Assembly: GCA_965208755.1 (NCBI GenBank)
Contig: OZ242353.1
Span: 3,138,671 to 3,202,670 of the forward strand
Source of the DNA: Candidatus Multivorans sp.
GTDB taxonomy: Bacteria; Acidobacteriota; Thermoanaerobaculia; Multivoradales; Multivoraceae
Direction: 5' to 3'
DNA length: 64,000 nt
The translations under genes and the position numbers were made by a program. The notes beneath the pieces are model-generated. The model saw only the letters and a list, made by a program, of their open reading frames with translations. It was not told the DNA's origin and ran no database searches. Each line of letters begins with the position of its first letter. The first letter of the stretch is position 1. Positions 23,227 to 30,349 of the stretch are shown here, in pieces.

Positions 23227-26025
23227 ATGTCCCTGACTCCCGAACAACGGGCCCGCGAGAAGATCGACCGCCAGCTCTCCGCGGCGGGCTGGGTCGTTCA
23301 GGACCACCGCGACATGGACATCCACGCGAGCTCCGGCGTGGCGGTGCGGGAGTACCCGCTCAAGTGGAAAGAGGGCGGCGACGCAAAGAGCGGCTTCGCC
23401 GACTACCTCCTCTACGTCGACGGCCGTGCCATCGGCGTCATCGAAGCGAAGCCCGCCGGCCACACGCTGCAAGGCGTCATCCTTCAGTCCAAGAAGTACA
23501 CGGAAGGACTGCATCAGTGGGTTCCGGCCTGGCAACGTCCGCTTCCATTCGCCTACGAATCCACCGGGGAGGTGACCCAGTTCACGAACGGTCTCGACCC
23601 GGACCCGCGGAGCCGCGAGATCTTCACGTTTCACCGTCCGGAAGAGCTGCGCCGGCTCCAGGGCCTGGAACCGGAGCAACTGCGAGGCATGCTTCGTCGG
23701 TTACCGGAACTCGATCAGGGCCGCCTCTGGCGCGTGCAGTTCAAGGCAATCCGGAACCTTGAGCGGTCCCTCGCGCACGGCCGGCCACGCTCGCTCATCC
23801 AGATGGCGACCGGCAGCGGCAAGACGTTCACGGCTGTTTCGGCCAGCTACCGGCTGGTCAAGCACGCGAAGGCGAAGCGCATCCTGTTTCTCGTCGACCG
23901 TAACAACCTCGGGCGTCAGACGCTGAACGAGTTCCAGCAGTTCCGGGATCCGTCGTCGGGCTATGCCTTCGCCGAAGAGTTCGTGGTTCAGCGTCTGAAG
24001 GGCAACGCGGTCGACCCAGCGAGCAAGGTCGTCATCACGACTATCCAGCGGCTCTACTCCATCCTGAAGGGTGAGGCGGAGTACGACCCTGAGAACGAGG
24101 AGGAGTCCCTGTTCGAGTCGGGCCGGCTGCGCGGCGAGGAACCGGTTCCGGTGGAGTACGCGCCCGACCTTCCCATCGAGACCTTCGACTTCATCGTCAT
24201 CGACGAATGCCACCGCTCGATCTACAACGTGTGGCGCCAGGTCGTCGAGTACTTCGACGCGTTCCTGATCGGGTTGACGGCTACACCAAGCCCACAGACG
24301 ATCGGCTTCTTCAACAACAACGTCGTCCAGGACTACTCGCACACGAAGGCGGTCGCGGACGGAATCAACGTCGGCTACGAGGTCTACCGGATCAAGACGA
24401 AGATCTCCGAGAAAGGAAGCACCGTGGAGGCAGGGCGCCACGTCCCCCGGCGCGACCGTCGCACCCGCAAGGTGACCTTGGCCGAGATGGAAGACGACCT
24501 CACCTACACGGCCAACCAGCTCGACCGCGACGTCGTGGCGCCTGACCAGATCCGGCTCGTCGTGCGCACGTTCCGGGACCGGCTCTTCAGTGAGATCTTC
24601 CCAGGACGCACCGAGGTCCCGAAGACGCTCATCTTCGCCAAGCAGGACAGCCACGCCGACGACATCGTCAAGATCGTCAAGGAGGAGTTCGGCAAGGGCA
24701 ACGACTTCTGCCAGAAGATCACCTCCAAGACGACCGGCGCCAAGCCGGAGGATCTGCTGAGCAGCTTCCGCAACTCCTACAACCCGCGCATCGCGGTCAC
24801 GGTGGACATGATCGCGACCGGGACAGACGTGAGGCCCCTCGAGTGCCTGCTCTTCATGCGCAACGTGAACTCCGCTTCGTACTTCGAGCAGATGAAGGGT
24901 CGGGGCGTGCGGGTCATCGAACGAGACGACCTGCAGGGCGTGACGCCGGACGCCGATGCGAAGACGCACTTCGTGATCGTCGATGCGGTCGGCGTCTGTG
25001 AACGCGATAAGACGGATTCCAAGCCGCTGGAACGCCAGCCTTCCGTCAGCACCGAGAAGCTGCTGCAGATGGTGGCCCAGGGCATGGCCCATCCCGATCT
25101 CGTTTCGAGTCTGGCATCGCGTCTGGCGCGCCTCGGCCTGCGGGTCGACGAGCGGCAGCGATCGCGAATCGCGCAGGAAGCGGACGGGGCGACGCTGGAG
25201 GGGCTGACCGGCGAGCTTCTGCACAGCATCGACCCCGACGCAACACGCGAGGCGGCGATAGCCGAGTACGGGTTGGCCGACGACGTAGAGCCGACCAGCG
25301 AGCAGCTTGAGCGGATCGAACGCGAGCGCATGACCGCTGCTCTCAAGCCGTTCACGCGACCGGGCCTGCGCCGGGCGATCACGGAGATCGCCCAGAGCCT
25401 CTACCAGATCATCGACGAAGCCGCCCTCGACCAACTGCTGGGTTCCGGCTACGGCGGCACGGCTGTGGAAAGAGCCCGTTCCAAGCTGGAGGACTTTCAG
25501 CGGTTTCTGGAAGACAACCGGGACCGGATCGACGCGCTGCGGATCCTGTACAGCCGCCCCTATCGAGCGGGTCTTCGCTACCAGCACGTCAAGGAACTGC
25601 GGGATGCGCTCCGCAACCCGCCTGTGGGGCTGCACGACCCCGCCAACGGTCTGTGGCGGCTCTACGAGTTGGTCGAGCCCGACAAGGTACTGGGCAGAGG
25701 CGGCGGCGCACTGGTCGACCTTGTCGCGATCGTGAAGCGTGCAATCAGCCCCGACGGGCCCTTGGTCCCTGTCGCCGATCACGTCGAGGAGCGCTACCGG
25801 GAGTGGCTGGCCGAGAAGGCGCGAGGCGGACAGGCGTTCAACGCGGACCAGCTACGGTGGCTGGACGCGATCAAGGACCACATCGCCAATAGTCTGGTGA
25901 TCGACCGCGACGATTTCCAGTACGCACCGTTCAGCCAGATGGGTGGGCTCGGTGCGGTGTACGGGGCGTTCGGCGACGAACTCGACGCGGTGCTGGCCGA
26001 GTTGAATGAGAGGTTGGCGGCGTGA
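23227..26025 (+). CDS. hsdR: Type I restriction enzyme R subunit (EcoEI-like C-terminal domain)
   Basis: N-terminal PD-(D/E)xK (ADYLLYVDGRAIGVIEAKP), helicase motifs MATGSGKT and IVIDECH, and a C-terminal segment typical of the EcoEI R C-terminal domain. Confidence 0.9.
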   Translation: MSLTPEQRAREKIDRQLSAAGWVVQDHRDMDIHASSGVAVREYPLKWKEGGDAKSGFADYLLYVDGRAIGVIEAKPAGHTLQGVILQSKKYTEGLHQWVPAWQRPLPFAYESTGEVTQFTNGLDPDPRSREIFTFHRPEELRRLQGLEPEQLRGMLRRLPELDQGRLWRVQFKAIRNLERSLAHGRPRSLIQMATGSGKTFTAVSASYRLVKHAKAKRILFLVDRNNLGRQTLNEFQQFRDPSSGYAFAEEFVVQRLKGNAVDPASKVVITTIQRLYSILKGEAEYDPENEEESLFESGRLRGEEPVPVEYAPDLPIETFDFIVIDECHRSIYNVWRQVVEYFDAFLIGLTATPSPQTIGFFNNNVVQDYSHTKAVADGINVGYEVYRIKTKISEKGSTVEAGRHVPRRDRRTRKVTLAEMEDDLTYTANQLDRDVVAPDQIRLVVRTFRDRLFSEIFPGRTEVPKTLIFAKQDSHADDIVKIVKEEFGKGNDFCQKITSKTTGAKPEDLLSSFRNSYNPRIAVTVDMIATGTDVRPLECLLFMRNVNSASYFEQMKGRGVRVIERDDLQGVTPDADAKTHFVIVDAVGVCERDKTDSKPLERQPSVSTEKLLQMVAQGMAHPDLVSSLASRLARLGLRVDERQRSRIAQEADGATLEGLTGELLHSIDPDATREAAIAEYGLADDVEPTSEQLERIERERMTAALKPFTRPGLRRAITEIAQSLYQIIDEAALDQLLGSGYGGTAVERARSKLEDFQRFLEDNRDRIDALRILYSRPYRAGLRYQHVKELRDALRNPPVGLHDPANGLWRLYELVEPDKVLGRGGGALVDLVAIVKRAISPDGPLVPVADHVEERYREWLAEKARGGQAFNADQLRWLDAIKDHIANSLVIDRDDFQYAPFSQMGGLGAVYGAFGDELDAVLAELNERLAA

Positions 26026-27506
26026 GGGAGTTGCCGGAGGGTTGGGCGGAGGTACCGTTGGGGGACGTAGTCGTACCTCGCGAAACTCGCAATCCGGCAA
26101 ACGACGGCAGTCGGACGTTCAGGTACATCGACGTCAAGGCGATCGACAACAGGCGTAATCGGATCAGCGCAGCGTCGGAGATGGAAAGCTCCGGCGCGCC
26201 ATCTAGGGCTAGGCGGCTCGTCCGGCAGGACGATGTGCTGTTCTGTCTAGTGAGACCGTACCTGCGAAACATCGCAATGGTGCCAGCGGAGCTTGACGGT
26301 CAAGTCGCATCAACGGCGTTCTGTGTCTTGAGATCGGGAGGTGCGATGGCGAGCCGCTTTCTGTACCACCAGGTCCTGCAGGGTTCCTTCGTTGAAAACG
26401 TACCCACCTACGGGAACAGCCCTCCAGCGGCGCGCGAAGACGAGTTCTTGCAACAGCGTCTCGTGTTGCCGCCTCGTGCGGAACAACACTGCATTGTCGC
26501 CAGAATCGACTCCCTCTTCGCCAAGCTCGGCGACGGCATCGCCGCACTCAAGCGCGCCGAGGCCAACCTGGAACGGTATCGGGCAGCCGTTCTCAAGGCG
26601 GCGGTCGAGGGCCGGTTGACGGAGCAGTGGCGCAGCGAGAATCCGCCGGACGAAACGGGCGAGGAGCTTCTCCGGCGCATCCTGGGCGAGCGCCGCAAAC
26701 GGTGGGAGGAGGAGCAACTCGCCGTGTTCGGGGCCAAGGGCCGGAAGCCGTCGCGGAACTGGAAGTCGAGGTACAGGGAGCCGCTCGCACCGGGTACGAG
26801 CGACCTGCCCGCGTTGCCGGAGGGGTGGTGCTGGGCGACGGTCGACCAGGTCGGCCAAGTCATCGGTGGCCTGACAAAGAACCAGGCCCGCGCTGAGTTA
26901 CCGACCAGTTACGCCTATCTGCGCGTGGCCAATGTCTACGCGGATGAGTTGCGATTGGACGACGTGAAGACCATCGGCGTCTCGGAGTCGGAACTCGAAC
27001 GCGTCCTCCTCCGCGCGGGCGACCTGATGGTTGTGGAGGGCAACGGAAGTCCGGGCCAGATTGGCCGGGTCGCGGAGTGGAACGGCGAACTGATCACCTG
27101 CTGTCATCAGAACCACCTGATCAAGGTGCGCTGCGACCCTGGTCGCGTGTGCCTGCCGCGTTGGCTGCTGTTGTGGCTCCTGTCGCCGCTCGGCCGCCGG
27201 ACAGTCCTGGACAAGGCGAGTTCCACGTCGGGGCTGTACACCCTGAGTCTCTCGAAGGTCCGTGCGCTTCCGTTCCCCCTGGCGCCCTATCGGGAGCAGG
27301 TCGAGGCGGTGAAGCTGGCCGATTCGCTACGAGAAGCCGGGAGACTTGCCCGGAGAAGAGTGCAAGCAGGCATCGATGCTCAGTCCGCCGCCCTTCGCCA
27401 GTCCATCCTCAAGCGCGCGTTCGAGGGCCGCCTCGTCCCGCAGGATCCGGACGACGAACCCGCGGCCGTCCTCCTGGAGCGCATCCGCGCCACACGGGAA
27501 GCGTAA
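26022..27506 (+). CDS. hsdS: Type I restriction-modification specificity subunit
   Basis: GTG start overlaps the hsdR stop (GTGA). The N terminus is typical (LPEGWAEVPLGDV). There are two target-recognition halves, the second starting LPEGWCWATVDQV, with coiled-coil spacers between them. Confidence 0.85.
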   Translation: MRELPEGWAEVPLGDVVVPRETRNPANDGSRTFRYIDVKAIDNRRNRISAASEMESSGAPSRARRLVRQDDVLFCLVRPYLRNIAMVPAELDGQVASTAFCVLRSGGAMASRFLYHQVLQGSFVENVPTYGNSPPAAREDEFLQQRLVLPPRAEQHCIVARIDSLFAKLGDGIAALKRAEANLERYRAAVLKAAVEGRLTEQWRSENPPDETGEELLRRILGERRKRWEEEQLAVFGAKGRKPSRNWKSRYREPLAPGTSDLPALPEGWCWATVDQVGQVIGGLTKNQARAELPTSYAYLRVANVYADELRLDDVKTIGVSESELERVLLRAGDLMVVEGNGSPGQIGRVAEWNGELITCCHQNHLIKVRCDPGRVCLPRWLLLWLLSPLGRRTVLDKASSTSGLYTLSLSKVRALPFPLAPYREQVEAVKLADSLREAGRLARRRVQAGIDAQSAALRQSILKRAFEGRLVPQDPDDEPAAVLLERIRATREA

Positions 27507-27742
27507 GTCACGCCGGCCGCGCTCGGTCGTGGCCCCCACCGCCTGCAGCATCTGACACACCTACCGCGCGGCCCGGTAGCGCGGCAAGCCGATGGCGCTG
27601 TGCATCACCGGGGACCCATCTGGCGTTCTGCGGACTGGCGGCCGTAGCCGGGCCTCGCGAACGGATCGCGTGATATCCTTGCGAATCCCTGCCGCTGGAG
27701 CAGGGGCGTTGAACCAAACGAACTGCACGGAGAGAGTAGGTT

Positions 27743-27961
27743 ATGTCCTCAGATCGAGACACGACGAAGTACCGCATCGTTAGGAACAGAAAGACGATCC
27801 ATGTGGGAATCACGAACAACCCGGAGCGCCGGGAGCAGGAGCACCGACGGGACTTCGGAAAGAATGCTCATCTCGTGAAAGAAGGGCGGAAGACCACGCG
27901 TGAGGGTGCTCTCAGGTGGGAGCGTGAGCAGCGCGGGAAAGGAAGACCGACAGGTCCCTGA
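27743..27961 (+). CDS. Small GIY-YIG/T5orf172-like protein (72 aa)
   Basis: ATG with GGAGAG 9 nt upstream. KYRIVRNRKTIHVGITNNPERREQEHRRD...REGALRWERE fits the GIY...YIG...R...EH...E pattern. G+C is clearly lower here (31 of 60 in line 27721-27780). Confidence 0.55.
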   Translation: MSSDRDTTKYRIVRNRKTIHVGITNNPERREQEHRRDFGKNAHLVKEGRKTTREGALRWEREQRGKGRPTGP

Positions 27962-28099
27962 CCTGTTTCGTGGCGACCCGGCGTTCCACTGGGACTTCTG
28001 AGGGTTGCCGTGGTCGGAGCATGCCGGGCCGAGGCGGAGCCCAGACGCGTACTCGCGGGTCCCGACGAACTTCGGCGGCTTGCGCCGGCGCCCCGCGCT

Positions 28100-28118
28100 G
28101 GTACATGATGCCTGTACC
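28100..28118. promoter_or_regulatory. Inverted repeat GGTACA-N7-TGTACC upstream of yefM (candidate TA operator)
   Basis: Read directly from the sequence. It lies about 90 nt upstream of the yefM ATG. A second inverted repeat, GCTGAC-N10-GTCAGC, follows at about 28122-28143. Confidence 0.35.
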
Positions 28119-28207
28119 CGTCGCTGACGTCTGCGGCCGTCAGCCATGAAGGACTTGCCGGAAGCGGGCCGGACGCCCGCGCTCCCAGGGAGACACGGAG
28201 CAGCGAG

Positions 28208-28492
28208 ATGATCAGGGAGACGACCTACACCGGCGCACGGCAGAACCTGGCTTCACTGATGGATCAAGTGACGGACACGCGGGAACCGGTGTTCATCCGG
28301 CGTCGCGGCAAGGAGGACGTAGCTCTAGTCGCGGCGAGCGACTTGAGCGGCTGGCGGGAGACGGAGTACCTCCTTCGCTCACCGAAGAACGCCGAGAAGC
28401 TTCGGGAGGCCGAAGAGGAGATCCGGGCCGGGAAGGGCGTGGTGATGACCGCCGAGGAGCTCCGTGAGCGGTTCGGGCTCACGGAAGAGTGA
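28208..28492 (+). CDS. yefM: Phd/YefM-family antitoxin
   Basis: MIRETTYTGARQNLASLMDQVTDTREPVFIRRRGKEDVALV...ETEYLLRSPKNAEKL matches the typical YefM pattern. Confidence 0.85.
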   Translation: MIRETTYTGARQNLASLMDQVTDTREPVFIRRRGKEDVALVAASDLSGWRETEYLLRSPKNAEKLREAEEEIRAGKGVVMTAEELRERFGLTEE

Positions 28493-28761
28493 CGGCAGCG
28501 CGGCCTCGAGAGGCCGTCTTCTCGCCGGGGTTCCTCCGGGATCTCGCCTTCTGGACGCGGACTGACCGTCGTCAGGCTCTGCGAGTACTGAAGCTAGTGG
28601 ACGCGGTTTGTCGCGACCCGTTCGCTGGCGTCGGGAAACCCGAGGCCCTCCGCGGAGAGCTTGCAGGCAGATGGTCCAGGCGGATCGACAAGGAGCATCG
28701 GCTCGTCTACAGGGTGAGCGCGAACCGGGTGGACTTCCACTCGGCGCGCCGGCACTACTGA
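28489..28761 (+). CDS. yoeB: Txe/YoeB-family toxin (mRNA interferase)
   Basis: GTG overlaps the yefM stop (GTGA). Has PFAGVGKPEALRGELAGRWSRRIDKEHRLVYRV and a C-terminal ...RRHY. Confidence 0.85.
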   Translation: MTAARPREAVFSPGFLRDLAFWTRTDRRQALRVLKLVDAVCRDPFAGVGKPEALRGELAGRWSRRIDKEHRLVYRVSANRVDFHSARRHY

Positions 28762-28791
28762 GCCGACCGGCCAACTGGAATTCCCCGTCTC

Positions 28792-30309
28792 TTGTCCGAC
28801 AACCACACCCAGCGCATCGTCAACAAGGCGTGGAGCTTTGCGCACCTGCTCCGGGACGACGGCTTGTCGTACATGGAGTACACGGAGCAGATCACCTTCC
28901 TGCTCTTTCTCAAGATGGCGCACGAGAGAACCCAGCCGCCATGGAGCCAGCCTTCGATGGTCCCGGACGGGCTGGATTGGCCGAGCCTGCTGGCGGAAGA
29001 CGGTGCCGACCTTGAATCGCACTATCGCCACATCCTGACCGAACTCTCGCGCGAGGACGGCATGCTCGGGGAGATCTTCCGGCGGGCCCGGCAGCAGATC
29101 CAGAATCCCGCGACCCTCAAGCGGCTCATCGTCGATCTGATCGACCCCGAGGACTGGAGTTCGCTCGCGGCCGACGTGAAGGGCGACATCTACGAGGGCC
29201 TGCTCGCGAAGTCCGCCCAGGAGTCGCCCAAGGGCGCCGGGCAGTACTTCACTCCGCGCGAACTGATCCGCGCGATCGTTGACGTCATGCAACCCGGCCC
29301 CGACGACACGGTGTGCGATCCTGCCTGTGGCACCGGGGGCTTCCTGCTCGCTGCCCACGATCATGTTCTGCGGGAGCACGGCCGCACGCTGGATCCTGAC
29401 CAGAAGCGCCATCTCCGCGGAAGCTTCGTCCAGGGAATGGACATCGTCCCCGCGACCGCCCGGCTGTGCATCATGAACCTGTACCTGCACGGGATCGACG
29501 CGGACCCGTGCCCCGTCCGGTCCGGCGTGGATAGCCTGGCGAGCGACCCTGACCAGCGGTTCTCGATGGTCCTGACCAATCCGCCCTTCGGCAAGAAGAG
29601 CACGGTACGGATCGTCAACGAGGAAGGCGAGTTGGAGACGGAGTCCGACACCTACGAGCGTCAAGGTTTCTGGACCAGCACGAAGAACAAGCAGCTCAAC
29701 TTCCTCCAGCACATGAAGACGCTGCTCACCATCAACGGTTCGTGTGCGATCGTTGTGCCCGACAACGTGCTCTTCGAGGGTGGCGCCGGCGAGGTCGTGC
29801 GTACGAATCTGCTCCAGCAGTTCGATGTCCACACGCTGCTCCGGCTGCCGACGGGCATCTTCTACGCCCAGGGCGTCAAGGCGAACGTCCTGTTCTTCGA
29901 CGCGAAGCCGGCGCGGGAGAAGGCGTGGACCGAACGTCTCTGGGTCTACGACCTCCGGACCAACAAGCACTTCACGCTCAAGATGAAGCCGCTCCGGCGT
30001 TCCGACCTGGACGAGTTCGTTGAGTGCTACCGCCCGAGCGAGCGCCACACGCGGCAGCCGACATGGAGCGAGGACGACCCCGACGGGAGATGGCGGGCGT
30101 ACGACTACGAAGAGCTGGTCGAGCGGGAAAAGCTCAATCTGGACCTGTCATGGCTGAGGGACCGTTCACTGGAGGACAGCGAGAACCTGCCGGAGCCGGA
30201 GGTGATTGCGGCCGAGATCGCGGAGGACCTGCGATCTGCGCTGGAGGCGTTCGAAGAGATCGCCGAGGAACTCGGTCGCGAGCCGGATGGGATCGCGCAG
30301 CAGAGGTAG
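28792..30309 (+). CDS. hsdM: Type I restriction-modification DNA methyltransferase subunit (N6-adenine)
   Basis: HsdM N-terminal region (AWSFAHLLRDDGLSYMEYTEQITFLLFLKM), motif I DPACGTGGFLL and motif IV NPPFG. TTG start with no convincing SD, 30 nt after the yoeB stop. Confidence 0.9.
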   Translation: MSDNHTQRIVNKAWSFAHLLRDDGLSYMEYTEQITFLLFLKMAHERTQPPWSQPSMVPDGLDWPSLLAEDGADLESHYRHILTELSREDGMLGEIFRRARQQIQNPATLKRLIVDLIDPEDWSSLAADVKGDIYEGLLAKSAQESPKGAGQYFTPRELIRAIVDVMQPGPDDTVCDPACGTGGFLLAAHDHVLREHGRTLDPDQKRHLRGSFVQGMDIVPATARLCIMNLYLHGIDADPCPVRSGVDSLASDPDQRFSMVLTNPPFGKKSTVRIVNEEGELETESDTYERQGFWTSTKNKQLNFLQHMKTLLTINGSCAIVVPDNVLFEGGAGEVVRTNLLQQFDVHTLLRLPTGIFYAQGVKANVLFFDAKPAREKAWTERLWVYDLRTNKHFTLKMKPLRRSDLDEFVECYRPSERHTRQPTWSEDDPDGRWRAYDYEELVEREKLNLDLSWLRDRSLEDSENLPEPEVIAAEIAEDLRSALEAFEEIAEELGREPDGIAQQR

Positions 30310-30339
30310 GCAACGCGGCACTACAGATCTTCCGGTTGC
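30310..30339. terminator. Weak bidirectional hairpin between convergent hsdM and the SulP gene
   Basis: GCAAC(G)CGG-N13-CCGGTTGC: an 8-bp stem with one bulge and no clear U-tract. Confidence 0.25.
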
Positions 30340-30349
30340 GGGCGGTGCT

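Noticed and set aside
23701-25782. 693-aa minus-strand ORF antisense to hsdR. The same applies to 28594..30048 antisense to hsdM and 26310..26858 antisense to hsdS.
   Set aside because: The sense strand carries clear helicase, methylase and specificity-subunit motifs. The antisense translations have no recognisable features.
27749-28147. 132-aa minus-strand ORF overlapping the GIY-YIG-like ORF and the spacer before yefM
   Set aside because: It has no RBS and is Arg-rich and low-complexity. It is antisense to an ORF that has a recognisable motif pattern.
28759-28794. The yoeB stop codon is in the same frame as hsdM, 10 sense codons upstream of its TTG, which might suggest a readthrough YoeB-HsdM fusion
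   Set aside because: The same frame is expected by chance one time in three. I saw no readthrough context or slippery sequence, and a toxin-methylase fusion has no support from the sequence.
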